Assembly (NCBI RefSeq): GCF_000743755.1
Contig: NW_014569545.1
Span: 1 to 64,000 of the forward strand
Length of the DNA: 64,000 nt
Direction: 5' to 3'
DNA from: Blastocystis sp. subtype 4
Taxonomy: Eukaryota
Positions 26,174-39,359 of this stretch are shown here, one piece after another; position 1 is the first letter of the stretch; every line of letters begins with the position of its first letter. The notes beneath the pieces were generated by a model. The model worked only from the letters and a program-made list of their open reading frames with translations. It did no database searches and was not told the origin of the DNA. A program made the translations under genes and the position numbers.

Positions 26174-26813
26174 ATGCTATCATTCGCTATTCGTCACACT
26201 GCCAGCATTGGAAAGACTCAGATCGTTGCTCCAGTGAGAACTATCGTCACTTGTGCCAATCACAATGTCTTCACGCCTCAGCGGACGAACTATACTCCGT
26301 TGGTGTACCAACAGAAGAGAACATTTCTGGGACCAATGATGCGTTATGTGACGCAGTTCCTAGCGAGTTTGGGTGGTACGTCGATTCGTGCCTTCTTCCA
26401 AGCTTTCCAGCAAGCTGCTGGTAGTGTACTGTGGTCGTAGCTGATTTGTAGCTCAAGCAGAAGCTGGAGAACAAGCACCACAAGCTGCACCTCAAGAATT
26501 CTCGCTCAAGAAGGGCATTTCGATCCCAGAATCCCTTCAGATTCTGAATATGACTCGAGAGGAAGTGAATCCCACAAGTCTTTCGGAGGTCAGAATTTGG
26601 ATGTCAAATTATTGGTAGAGGTTTGACAAATACTTCGAGGCCAACGATCCCAAGTCTGGTGGTTCTTTCTATTTACAGTCAAAGGTTTATCGTGCTCATG
26701 AGGCCCTTTTGGATGAGTTAGATAAGTACGGATATATCCGAGACGAATCTGCCAAAGTGAAGCCTCCTGTAGCAGAACCTGCTTCAAATGTTTCTGCTGA
26801 AGAGAAGAAGTAA
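26174..26813 (+). CDS. PAM16: Mitochondrial import motor subunit Pam16/Tim16
   Basis: RAFFQAFQQA, ESLQILN, FEANDPKSGGSFYLQSKVYRA. Confidence 0.9.
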
Positions 26814-26854
26814 TATTTAGACAACTTGTGGTTTTTGGGTTTGTAACAAACAGT

Positions 26855-27144
26855 TCATGTGTTTTTGATCTACATGTGAGTCGAATTCCAAACTTGAAAC
26901 ATGTTCAACAAACCTCCGAACGTTATCCAAATCCTTATCCACCTTACGGTTAATCTCTCGAATCGTTTGTCTTAGTGTAATGTTGTTGTGCCAACTGCTA
27001 CAAGATCAGATCGAACTGTTTCATTCGTTTTGTGTCCTCTTGAGGAGAGGCTGACTCACAATCGTTCAACTGCTGTGTTAATTCCAGAAGTAGTAAGTCA
27101 TTTCGGATATCCGAGTCATCATTTGATAGATTGGATTGAGACAT
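26855..27144 (-). CDS. Small hypothetical coiled-coil protein (weak HSBP1-like)
   Basis: Three exons join in frame through two 31-nt introns; TGA followed by TGTTTGTT at 26845-26852. Confidence 0.5.
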
Positions 27145-27419
27145 GGCAAATGGATGATGGGACGAAAGGAGGGAAATCATAAGATTGGTACTGATGTGAT
27201 CTTCATTGGAGTTACAATTGTTCCACTTATCAAAATGGTTTGTTTGTTGTGCAAAAGGAGAAACTGGAGAATATGAAAGGGAAACAAACTGGAGAAACAA
27301 GGATATCGATCAAAGATCAAAGAGTAGGGTAATTCACGGAATTCCCGTGATATCTCTACAAATGCCAAAAAGTCCACTAATAGCCAATTTGAAAGCTGTT
27401 TAATCGTCAAAAGTCCAAG

Positions 27420-30400
27420 ATGGCTGCCGAGAGTTCGACTGAAACAGTTACCTATCACATTCTGGTGAGAGGTCCCAATGGAGAAGAGGAGAGGTGTGTG
27501 ATCACTCCGGAGGATAATTCGAGTACATTGAGACAACGAATTAGTCTTTCTCCCAAGTTTACAACGTATACTTCCTTCCATTTCGAGGTAGAGAATACTA
27601 AAGGAGGAGATGATCTGATTCTGGATGGATACACTCCATTTTCCGAAGTTCCTGTGATTGGAGAAGATTCAACCCTTCTTGTTGTTCCTGATCTTTACAA
27701 TGCCAAAAGCATTCGTTATCAGATCAAGTATTCGGTTGCTCTCCTATCAAACAGAGTACCCTTGATCAGTCAGATTGTAAAACTCAACAATGACGATATT
27801 CCTGCCTCTCTTGTGGATTATGCTTCCCAAATGGTCGATCGTGCAAAGCAAGCCGAGGAGAAGAAGGAGGTAGAGCCTCTCAATTTGAAGGAACGTTTGA
27901 ATGAGTCGTTGAAACAGGGAGATGGTGCTTACAAGAGTGTTGCACTTGCTTTCGATGAGTCGATTCGTGGGGATGATTTGGAAGCTCTTTCAAAGCTTCG
28001 TGAAGCTGTTGCTGGGGACTCCAAGATCGCCATCAAGAGTCTCTCTCTTTCTTCATACAACCCTCCTACTGCTTCTCGTCTCGCTATGGGAGACCTCATT
28101 TATCTTCGTGTAAGTGTGTGGATGTTTCTTGAAAATAGGTGCACACAGCTGAGAACAACATCTTCCATGTGACTGGAAATGCTGCTGGTTTCTTTGCTAA
28201 CAAATCAACCGATTCCGTCTTCAATCCCGAAGAGAATAGTAACTATCCTACCATCTACCCTACACTTCCTGCAGTTCTCTGTTCGATCTCTTCAGGCTTC
28301 AAGAACTGGTTCCTTCGCCATCGTCAACTTGCCCGCTCTAGTAATCTTCCCAGCATTATGCGTTCGCTACCTCTGATGCCAAATCTGATTGCATCTAGCA
28401 AGGGATGGTTCAGTGATGAGATGACTCATGAGAGTGGAAATCTGTTTGATTATGCTGATGTGATTATGGATGAGTCTCTTCCTATTGCTCAGTTGAAGAC
28501 AAATGAATCAGCTCGTTGGTTGTCAGAGTATAACTTGATCAAGTACGATAATGACCTCATTTTTATTGTAGAGAAATGAAGACAATGGATATGAAGGATT
28601 CACTTGTGATTAGTAAGGAACAATCTTTCGCTTCTGCTGCCATGCATGCTTGTTCGAAGATAGTGGATGGTAGATGTGTCGGATATGATGATGATTGATA
28701 GAAGGTCTGCCTTCTCTCTTCCTGAACAAGGATACAGAACCTTGTTATATCGTGGATGACATATTTATCACTTCAGTCTCTGCGAAGGGTTCAGATGTTA
28801 TTAGTGCTGCTGATTGCAATGAAGAGGTTAATAACACACGGTTCATTAACAGTCTTCAGTTGGATGGGTTGTTCACAGGTCTAACTACTGTTGTTGATTA
28901 CAAAGGTCGTCGTTTCCTTGCTCAGAGTACTGTGCCAGGTATCATGAGTGTAAGGGATACTTGATAGACTGATCTCTAGATGTCTGCTTTGAATATGATT
29001 ATGTGGGGAAGTGTTGATGAAGGAGCGACTATCTACAAGGATGAGCGTGTTAAGAAGTATATTGAAAAGATTGCTGAAGAGGCCCATTGGAGTGAGTCTA
29101 AGATTCGGGCTCAGAAGCCTTCGGAGGCAGTTGAGGAACCTCAGCAGATGACGATCCCTGAACCTCCTGCGAGTTTAGAGTGTTTGAAGAATGAGGAAGA
29201 GGGTTCTTTCTTGGGTCCTGTGGAAGGTCGTATCGTGCGTGGCACAGATAACCGTTTGTACGCTGTAGACTTCCTGCATGTGGCTCCTGTGGATGTATTG
29301 TGGCAAGAGGCTCACAGTAAATTGTGTCCTGGAGAAGAGGTTCATGTCAGCGTTCGCCGTCAGCTGGTGATTCAGTGGGTGATGCGTCTGGCAATGCTGA
29401 AGGAGCAGGTGAAAACAGCTAAGGAGACAATTGAGAAGATGGAGAAGGGAGAAACTGTTGAAGGTGTGAAAGCTGAAGATATTCCTCAACTGAAGGAATT
29501 TGTTGAGAACACAGAGAAGGAGAGTAAGAATATGGAGTCTGTGTGATGATTAGTCAGCTCTATGCCTTCTACTTTTGATGTTAATGCATTCACTCGTTTC
29601 GCAGTCGAAGATCCGACCGCTGAATCTGCTGTGCGCCAGTTGTGTTCTCTGATTACAGAAGTGTTGGTACCTCGTACTGCATCTGTGCTCTCTGGAGATG
29701 ATGGTTATTATGCAGACACAGAGAACATCGCTGCTCTCATTCATAGTACAGGTCTGAATATTCGTTATCTGGGAGCCATCGCATCAAATGTGAAGGGTGA
29801 AATTGCTTTGGAGTTGGTAGAGCGTGAGATGGTGGCTCGTGCCGCAAAGCATATCTTGCGTGATTTGATGAGTGATGATGTCTTATGTGGTGCTGGGGCG
29901 TTTACAGCTACTGTCTTCTTGAACAGTGTTCTTGGAGATACTCGTAAGAAGGAGATTTTACTGAGTGGAAAGGGAAAGAAGAGCAAAAAGGTACCTTCGA
30001 TTGTAAGTCAGCGTATTCTGAAGAAGAATGTGAGCTGTGAGTCAGTATGGAACTGGATTGATGAAGATATTAAACGTCATTTCCACTATGAACTGAAGGT
30101 ATGGGGCAAAAAGCCTCAGACAGCTGCTTTCAGATTCCGATTACTTCGTCGTGTGTGTCAGCAGTGTGGTATTCGTCTCCAAGCTCAGACTTATGATCTC
30201 CAAGAGAGCCATGCGATTCGTGTGGAGAATGTGTTGGAGTTTGTTCCTCATATCAAGTTTGCCAGTACTCCCAACGTGGATCAGAAGTGTTCGGAGTTGT
30301 ATCAGGGTGTTACCTCGTTGGTTGAAGCAGGCCAGTTCCCTGAGGCATATGAGTTGGCAAAGAAGTGTCTGATTCAGGTGATCAGTGCCCATTCGCAGTT

Positions 30401-30974
30401 GCATCCTCAGTGTCTGGTACTTCTGAATGTGATGTCTGCTATCCTCCTGAATGTCAATGACATGGATCTGAGTGTGGATTGTAGTCGTGCTGCTCTGTAT
30501 TGTTCAGATATGATCAATGGCTGTGATTCTCTGGAGAGTGCTAAGATTCATACTGAATTAGCTAGTCTGTTATATCGTAATGGGGCTTATTATGAGAGTA
30601 TCATTCATAACCTGATTGCTATTGGCATTTACAAGGTTTTGTATGGAGAAGATGCTACTCGTGTGAAGCTAGTACTGTTGAATCTGGGTATGGCGTATAT
30701 GCAATTAGAGAAACGAGAGGATGCCCTACGTTGCATGAATGTTGTGATGACATTGAAGGATGCAAAGAGTGATGCTTATTTGAATGCTTGTTTCTATGGA
30801 TGTGTGCTGAATGCGTAGGAGAAGGATTGAATACTGATGAATAGAGTATTGAAGAAGAGTGAAGCTTCAGCTGAGTGCAAGAAGTCTCTGGAAGAAGCTC
30901 TTGTGGATAAGGAGGAAGTGTTTAGAAAGACAATGATGGAAGCTTTGGAGAAGCAGTTGAAGGAGATCCATTAG
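27420..30974 (+). CDS. CLU1: Clustered mitochondria protein CLU1/Clueless
   Basis: SSYNPP...GDLIYL, VVDYKGRRFLAQSTVPGI, GTDNRLY, GLNIRYLG, EMVARAAKH, C-terminal TPRs. Confidence 0.92.
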
Positions 30975-31020
30975 TGTATTTACCTTGTTTTTGGTTGGTG
31001 TGTTGTCTGACAAACACTTG

Positions 31021-31947
31021 ATTTCTTTCGATGAAAAATTGCCTCTCCATTTGAGGTAATCGTATAATGAGGATCGATCACAAGTCCTTTGGGCAAAATG
31101 TATTGACGATAAAAGTTTGAGCACTGGATATCATACACACCTTGCACACTCACTTGATACCCAACACGATGTGGGATATAGGTGGCAAAAAGACCCCATT
31201 TGTCACCACATCCAAACTTCTCTGCTGTTGTACAGAAGGCACGGATTTCCTCTTGTGTCCAATCTCCCGTCCAATGTTCCGTATCTACATTCTACTATCC
31301 AGGTGTCACTACTTGGTTCTACATGACGATAGAAGTAAGTATTGGGATTTGTTTTCAGACACTTTCGACTGTACTCCTTTGCTGATTCCTAAGATCAAAA
31401 CACGGGAATAGATTTACATAAGAGTTTCGGTGTTTGGAACTCTTCTCTTCTGGTACCTGCGAACCATCAGGATCGATTCCACATCGTACAGCAACTTCAG
31501 GATCCACCCATCTAGACTCTTATCCACTTTTGATTTCGTTCTACCCATGATAAGTCCCATCCACATGTATAGGAATGTTGATTCCTGACAAATCTGTTTC
31601 ATCGTAGCTCTCCTTATACTCACGAATCGTTTTGACATTCACTGTTTCCGTTTCCAGCTCCATCTTCTCTGTAAGCATATTAGGATCAAATTCTGGTTTT
31701 AACCCATGTAACCTCCTACATATAAGGTTTAGATGAAAAGACCTTGCCTCGATTTTCTTCGCATATTCTCATCGATAATAACACGTTCCCTTTTCTTTCT
31801 CTCTTTCTTTTTTGGTTTCAGTGAATTTACTGTTGTATCGATATCTATGCATTATCAATAATGAATATCTATACCCATTTCTCGAAGTACCTCCTTTCTT
31901 TTTTCCAAACTTTGTATTCTCTTCATTAACAATGCGTTTTCGCTCAT
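31021..31947 (-). CDS. Myb/SANT-domain protein (stop probably made by polyadenylation at 31021)
   Basis: GDWTQEE...KFGCGDKWGLFATYIPHRVGYQ-CSNFYR; ATG at 31947. Confidence 0.75.
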
Positions 31948-31972
31948 ATTTTCAAAAGTGCAAAAGAATCAT

Positions 31973-31980
31973 AACAAACA
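31973..31980 (-). terminator. TGTTTGTT downstream polyadenylation element (example; also 5755, 7860, 15121, 16476, 26845, 34981, 37633, 44511, 59108, 59706)
   Basis: Same octamer recurs within a few to tens of nt after gene ends, on the gene's strand. Confidence 0.85.
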
Positions 31981-31984
31981 CACC

Positions 31985-33581
31985 ATTCTATCTTTTTCCA
32001 TTTCTTTGCATTTTCTACTTGCCGTTCTCGTCGTTGTGACCGTGTTTTCCCTTCATTTCTATTGGCAATAATAGTCTGTGATTCACGTCTCTTTAACATC
32101 CCTACAGACTCCATAATATCCGAGTAGCTCAAATTCTGAGATACGATAGATTGTTGTGTGAACTGTTTGTATTCCATTTGCTTTCTACTTCTTATCCAAA
32201 GATTAGAATATCACGTAACATCGTATTCAGCAATCTTCTTCATTGTAATAAGTCTTCGCGAAATCAGCAATGTCAGTTTCTCCTCACTGTTACTCACCAG
32301 TTTTAAACAAGGATGTCGTGGAACTTCATCATCAGAATGCCTATATATCATCCCAATTCCCATTCATACGTTCCCAATGTTGGAAATAGATAGCAAATTC
32401 TTCCACCAAGAACCAATGTGCGAGCAGCTAGGTCCAACAGATCAATAATCACGTCATCAGGATCATACACTTCAGTATTGGCTTTATGTGTGTTCTTTGC
32501 AGTTAAATCGTCATTTTTCCTACAAGTAATATATTATATCGGAAGTACGTCTTCATTCGTCGAGCTCCCGCCCGAATCCCATATGGAGGATCACAGATAA
32601 TCCCATCAAATCTAGGTTTCATCTAATGTTATTACTCTACAATGGTTTAAATTGAATAGGTAATGAAGAAAGATCCATGCGAACAAGATCTGGTTGTCGC
32701 AAGCCATACTGAACAAAGTTCTGCTGAATGGATCCAGCCTTCTTTCCCTTTTTCAGTCCGTTCAGAATGCGAAGATCAATATCACTTCCCAAACAGATCC
32801 CTCCATGAACGGTTGCAGCCACAAGAATCGACCCTGTCCCTACAAAGCAATCCCACACGAGATAACCAGGGCAGGTTTGAATCTGATTCGACATCAGAAA
32901 GGATAATTCGGCACATGTAGAAGTAGGACCGATGTAGTGACGTTTTTTTAAATCGTATCGATCATTCGTATTGCGTTGACCCTCTGCTACATGCCTTCCT
33001 AGATAGAGGTGTCGAATTTCATCGACTTGCTTTTGATAATGCATCACACAGGCAAAAACGTAGTCAGGATTCTTCATTTTCACTGGACCTTCAAATGGCA
33101 TGAACGGTTCAAACTTCAAACGAAACACTTCTTGCTCCTCAGGAAGCAATTTGCGGTTGAATGAAACGATGTCAAACTTCCAAGACTTGGATAACTAAAC
33201 TCATACTCCATTCATTGTGTTACCTCATAGTATGGATCTGTAAATGATTTTGATAGACTCTGAAGCGAAGCAAATAATGATTCCCAATCATCACCTTCAC
33301 ACCACAAATGATAAATGGACTTGATCAATACAGCTCTTGAAGCAATCTACGGTATCATACGAAACTAAATGTTTCCACTTTTTGTGCACATGAATCATCC
33401 GGAAAGTCTGCAATAAGAAATGGACTCTCGATCGAATAACGTGATCTATGCGGATCAAGTAAAATGATCAATACAACTTATCATAGATGGTATTGGGATC
33501 ATATCCGAACAATTCCAATAATGAGTCTAACTCCGGTAATCGGAAGTGATGATACGTATTGGAAAAGTAAATCAGATACAT
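31985..33581 (-). CDS. TRM11: tRNA m2G10 methyltransferase Trm11 (stop probably made by polyadenylation at 31985)
   Basis: FRLPELDSL, KRHYIGPTS, DCFVGTGS, IICDPPYGIRAG. Confidence 0.93.
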
Positions 33582-33646
33582 TCAAGTGTTTGAAAAACCA
33601 AAAGTGCTCGGGGTTTACAAAAGCTAATTTTATCGCAGTATTCAAG

Positions 33647-34982
33647 ATGGAGAACCCCTACGATGATAAAGTAGAGTCTCAACAGACTATATGCTATTGT
33701 AGTGTTGATTGATTGATAGAACGTGTATCCATCAAGTATGTCTGTTCAAACAAGTAAAGAGAGTGTGTTTGATTGAGGTTTATTACGTATAGCTCTACGA
33801 GATGATAGTGGTCATGCGATTCTGAATTCGGAACCTAATGTGCAAATTGAAATATGGAATTACAACTAGACAGTACCTATGGATCCTCCAACAGGAGAAT
33901 TGATGATTTTTCAATCGGATTCGCGTGTTGTTCTTCCTACAATGATCACCGTCTTCTTGATGTAGTTGAATGACTCATAGAATACAATTGCGCAGAATCC
34001 AACAAATGAAGGAGAGCAGGGAATACCCACAGTCATGAGTGATTCTTATTCGCATTCTGTTGGACCTGATCTCCTATCATACCAAGCAAATGAAGTGGGC
34101 TTGAATCATTCAAGGGAACAAAAGGAAGAACGCGATTCCTCGCAGTACCGGTTTGATAATACATTGGTGGGAAGTATCGCTCAGCTATTGCGTATGTGTA
34201 GATGAACTTAGTAATAGGAAGGTAGGGATAAGAGACCATTAACTGTTGATAATATTGTGATGATCATTTCTCCCTTCATTAGTTCCTTGCGAAAGATGGA
34301 TGGAACTCGATATAAAGGTAATATAATAAAGGCAATAAATGGAGCACTCAGCTCTACAGGTATCTTTCACCGTTTGGACGTAGGAATTGGAAAAGGGAAT
34401 GATGATTAGGATGGTAGTTGGATACTGAATGAGAAGGAATTCTCTCTGTATGAACAGCGTGCCCGAAAGAAAATTGAATCGAAGTATAAACGGAAGAGAG
34501 GTAGTTTATGGATCTGTGTGTTAGATGTAGTGGAAGAAGCTACAGAAGAAAAGTCTAAACGGAAATACTCCAAACGCAGAGATCGAAAACAAGCAATCAT
34601 TGCGATGCTGAATCAAATCAGCGATATCCAGCGACAAGCTAATCCTGAGCGAAATTCCATTTATTTTGAGAATCCGTTTATTGTAGGTATGGAAGGATGG
34701 GTTGATGGATAGGGACTAACTGGACTGGAGGATGTTGACATGTTACAGCGAAAGTTGGGTTCAAATCGATTTATTTTGTGTGTACAGTTGTATTCCTTTT
34801 TTGAGGACTATTTCAAGCTTGCAGCTGGAGATATTCAATTGGATTTACAGCGTGTGGTGAACTCAGGAAACGAGTTCAATGACAAGCAAATCATACATTT
34901 AAAGATGGAAATTGAAGATCTTCGACGTCGTATTACTGCTATTGAACACATGGCTCGCCAAGATGAGACATTGTCGTTGTAA
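33647..34982 (+). CDS. Hypothetical protein, possible winged-helix-like DNA-binding segment and C-terminal coiled coil
   Basis: Multi-exon; LRKMDGTRYKGNIIKAINGALSSTGIF; basic NLS-like stretches. Confidence 0.45.
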
Positions 34983-34999
34983 CAAACATGTTTGGTAAA

Positions 35000-36515
35000 T
35001 CACACTTGCACATGTTGTTGACGCTGCTTTTGACTCCGACAGAACTTAACCACACTTCGATCTGTATAATTAGTATGCAACTCTCGGAGAAAGCCATTAT
35101 ACTCCACTTTCATGGGGAATTTGTGAGTCGCTTTCATTTTCTTGAAAAAGTCTTTCCGATAAGTGGAACTACAGAATAATGCTTATTACCAAAATCAACG
35201 GTGGATGTGGAATGTCAAATCCATAAGCATCCGATATAACCCAAAATGCATAACCTGTATACCGGAGATGTTCCAGCCACTGAACCTTATTGAACGCATA
35301 ATTGGTAAATCGTTCATCAAACCGAGGAGTTCTCTCTGTCTTACGTACAATCACATATCTAGAGATCAAACAGAAAGACAGATAATACGGCTCTTGAGTA
35401 TCCGACTTAAAACAAAGAAGTTTTGTAAGAGGAGCAGTATAGTTATCCCAATACCACTCGTTGAAGTAATAGCTGTGGAGATTCTCACCAGGACGAAATG
35501 TTTCACAGATTCTCCGCTTTTTGCATTCATAGAGTTCTGCTTTTGTCTCAGGAATACGATTATGATAGCTACTCGTCATCAAGTGTTATGATACCTACAA
35601 ATCGATGCAATCTTCAAACGAGGTGCATTTATGAAGTCGTTTGTTCTGAAATACTGGGACAATTCCGACATTCAATTCATTCATAAAAAATTCTTTCGGC
35701 AGCGAACGAACGACATCATAAGTATGGATGGAGGGCCACACATCCATGTCTGCAAGCCAGAAATGTGTTGTTTGCACTTGATCGATTGCACGGTTCCGAA
35801 GGAGGTTGATAGGGAAAACATCAGGATCTGTCTGTAACTCGTATGAAATGAGCATATTGGGTCTCAAAGTGGTGTTTGCTTTCAGTTCTTCAAACAACGT
35901 GAGATTTTCCGGAGGAAAGAAGTAAACAATCGACATAGGACTAAAGATGATGAATGGAAACAATAAACTACCCTCTCCACCGTCGAGAAATTTCAATCAT
36001 AAATCCCCAACGAGTCAAACTACATGTCAACAAGAAGATATTGCTTACGTTCCTTGTGAACAGAATGTAACATCATATTCAAGTCCTTCAGGATCTGTTG
36101 GCATTCCGTAATCCACAACCCCGCTTAGAGTTGCTGTATCCAAGGTTTCTTTGGTGGAAAATGGAACAGGTCTGGATGATAGATTCAAACGTTCACTAAT
36201 AAATGTAGAAAACTTCTATTTCATAAGAACAAATCATGAATGGAAAGATACCATGGATTTGGGCTTATCTTCATCCATTAACCGTTCCTCTTGATACTTT
36301 TTCAACTGCAACTCGTCACAACTCGTCTTGGACTACAAGATGAAGCTACAGCGAGAATTCAAACAATCAAATAGAACTGAAACTTTTTGGGGTCCTCCTT
36401 CTTCATAGGAAATGAGTAAAAGATACTAGACATGAACATGCCATCGATACACTTACCATGTAACACTCAAAGCAAGAATCAGAAGCAATAGATGTGTTGC
36501 TATTCTTCCTGCCAT
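35000..36515 (-). CDS. Glycosyltransferase family 49 (LARGE/B4GAT1-like)
   Basis: N-terminal signal anchor; FPINLLRN, ADMD (DxD), QEPY, PRFDERFTNYAFNK. Confidence 0.85.
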
Positions 36516-36719
36516 ACAACTTTGAGTGAAAAGAGAAATGGAATTCAATTCAAAGAAGCCTTTTAGGGGCTGTCAAAAATTGGATGTCAACCGAAGTCAA
36601 CATCACGGGGTCTTGGATTTAGTTTTCAATCAGCAATAACTGTACGTCGGCTTAGCCTCATTCGTCACAGTAATGCCCCAAGCGCAAGGACAACAAGTCT
36701 TCAACTATCTTGGATAAGG

Positions 36720-37628
36720 ATGAATGCCCTCTCTTTTTTCATTATGGGTTTTTCCGCTTTGGAATTCTTTGTTTATATGAACTCCTCGCAGATCAGTGTA
36801 TTGCTAGATGCATTGGTACACTTTCTTCTAGCAACAACTGTGTATTGTATCCTGTGCGAAAGGAAGAAGTGTTTAATATTTAGATTATGTCTTCTCTTCT
36901 ATGCTGTATTCAAAACTGTGATTTCAATGGAGGATGAAAACGAGAATCAGAAATGGCTGAAGTTTTGGGTATTTTATGGACTTCTTTCCTGTATATGTTC
37001 GTACTGTCCTCATGGATCTTTTATTAAGGCATGTACTTGTGGCATTCTGTTACTCAAGTTCAATGTACATTTAGAATTCGGTTGTTATTGTAGAATAATA
37101 TCATCCTACATTTTGTATATGATGTAATTCTCTCCAATCTCTTGAAGTACTCTTATGGGTACATGATTGTTGTATTCCATTCCTTCGTCTATTTTCTCTT
37201 TCTTATAATCTCCAAATTGCATTGGGTGATCATTTCAACCCTAAATATGACAGATGGTGAGTGTGTTCGATGTGTCTAAGAAGCAGATATGGCAGAGGAG
37301 AGTCTCAACATGTATTCGTCTTGCCGTGATGTGGTTATGAAATGTGAAAAGCGGTGGTGGAAGAAAGAAGGAGAAGATGTCGAGTTTCCCCATACTCCTG
37401 ATACCTAGTTGTCGAATCGGTTGTTATCTCATCAATCGAAGGAAACTCCAAGTCAACTTAGTAATACCATTCCCCCCAAGCTATCGGGATGGGTATCACA
37501 AAGTGTGGATGAAGGGTCCTTATCAGGGAATATGAACGATATATATCAACCGAGGGAAAACACGTTAATTTAGAGCAAAGGTATGATACCTAGAAATGAT
37601 GAAGACCTGGGACTGCGCAAACGACGGT
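36720..37628 (+). CDS. TB2/DP1/HVA22 (REEP/Yop1)-like protein; 3' exons inferred
   Basis: YAVFKTVISME...KWLKFWVFYG; downstream exons end GLRKRR before T-N4-TGTTTGTT. Confidence 0.55.
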
Positions 37629-37638
37629 TGTGTGTTTG

Positions 37639-38678
37639 TTAAAAAACAAGAGAGTTCTTCATGTAGTACTTAGCGAACAGTTTATTGAGCTGCTCTAAGA
37701 ACAGGAAAGTGAAGATGGTGTGAGGACCAATACGAAGGAAATATGGAGTGAAGCCCTTCCACAGAGCAAAGACTCCTTCCTTCTGAATCAGTTTCTTCGT
37801 ACAGTCAAGAGCACCCTTGTATTCGTTATCTCTACAACTTATTGCTCCTTTTCATTCTCACTTCATCATCTGCAAACGAGTCTTAACAATATCTACAGGG
37901 AGCGAGACAAAACTGCAGAAAAGACCAGAAGTAAGAGAAGAAGCAATATACAGTCCCATTCCATCTGTTTTAAACAGATGCCATTTCTCATAGTACAATT
38001 CCTTGGCCTGAGCATAACCACCCAACTGAGCAGGGTTCAATACCATAGCTCTCACAACAGTAGCGGAGGTTCCCGTCCATAATGTCCTGAGTCCTTCTTC
38101 CTTCACAATACGATAGATAGCCTGAAAACAGTTAGTGTAACCACGACGCTGCTCTGGAGGGAGACGATTATCAGCACTACAACGAATCAGTGTTACTTCA
38201 GCTGGATTGCCAACCACTGCTCCACAGGCACCGCCAATAATACCACAAAGCAACTTTTGAGAAAATGACACGTTGCTACCACCATTCCGTTTACGCATAT
38301 AGTTCATGCAATTTGTGAACACACCTAGACGAGTTGTTGTGTAAGTGATCTGTCTGAGTACAGCCGAAGTATATCTACCTTTAACACAACAAATACAATG
38401 GTACCCCTTATACAACTTGAAGAATCCTTCGGACTTGGTAATCTTTACAAGGGCATCAAAACTGCTACTATATAGTTTTTGGGCCGATCCTTCTCCGCTA
38501 TCCTATGACTTCCTCTAGTCGCAGATACCTGAGTTGCATACGCGTTTTGACAAGATCCATAGGCTGAACACAAGTGGTAGCAAGAACACCAGCAGTACCT
38601 CCAAGAACATAATTGGCCTTTATTTAATACAACCATGTAGAAGCATACCCACTTTGGGAATGTTTTGGTGTCGACCAT
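37639..38678 (-). CDS. Mitochondrial 2-oxoglutarate/malate carrier (SLC25A11/DTC-like)
   Basis: RQITYTTTRLG, GNPAEV...DNRLPPEQRRGY, LPVDIVKTRLQ, RIGPH. Confidence 0.92.
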
Positions 38679-38807
38679 GATAGTATACAAAAAGATTGAC
38701 GCAATTGGGGGATGTGAGTAAGGATACGGACATGCCTAGCGCAACGACAAAAGAAGATCTTAACGACACAATTGTCATTTGTGTTTAACAAACATTATTC
38801 AAGACTT

Positions 38808-39257
38808 CTAGACCTTATTTTTGTTCATTGCGTCTTGCATACTGCGGATGAGTTGTTCCTCTTGATAGTAATAGTATTTGTACTTAGACTCTACATATAC
38901 TGCTTTAATATCAAGGAGAGGCTCTCCGGTTGCTGAGATAAAGAACAGTCTTGGGACATAAGTTCCATCTACATCTTACTAAGAGATCACTTAGCAACCT
39001 CCTTTGAAAACAGGATCAGGTGGAACAACACCATCTTTGCAGCTGATCATCACAAAAGACTTTGCGAGTTGTTTGATATGATCACTGTTCTCCATTATTC
39101 GGTTCAAGTTAATACATGCTGGACATGTGGAGTGATGAATTAATAGGATTCCTGGCTTGTGTGTTGATGCGATTTCATTCATTCCCTGTTGATAGTCTAC
39201 CCATTCGATAGTCTCTGATGAGGCAACAAGAACAAGAAGCAATATATAGAGTATCAT
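38808..39257 (-). CDS. Secretory thioredoxin-like protein (TXNDC12/ERp18-like)
   Basis: Signal peptide, IEWVDY, KPGILLIHHSTCPAC, YVPRLFF, YKYYY. Confidence 0.8.
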
Positions 39258-39359
39258 CGAAAGAATATGGTCTTCGTCAAGTTTGACAAGCCAGCTTCAT
39301 GACATCAGGAGTATTTGAAACAAACAGGTAGATGTAGACCATCTCCACGAAATGCATCT

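Noticed and set aside
31021..33581. TRM11-Myb fusion gene
   Set aside because: Perfect TGTTTGTT with in-frame T at 31985 and a separate ATG at 31947 favour two genes
36847..36883. GTATCCTG as a U12 donor in the REEP-like gene
   Set aside because: A standard in-frame 30-nt GT-AG intron explains the region
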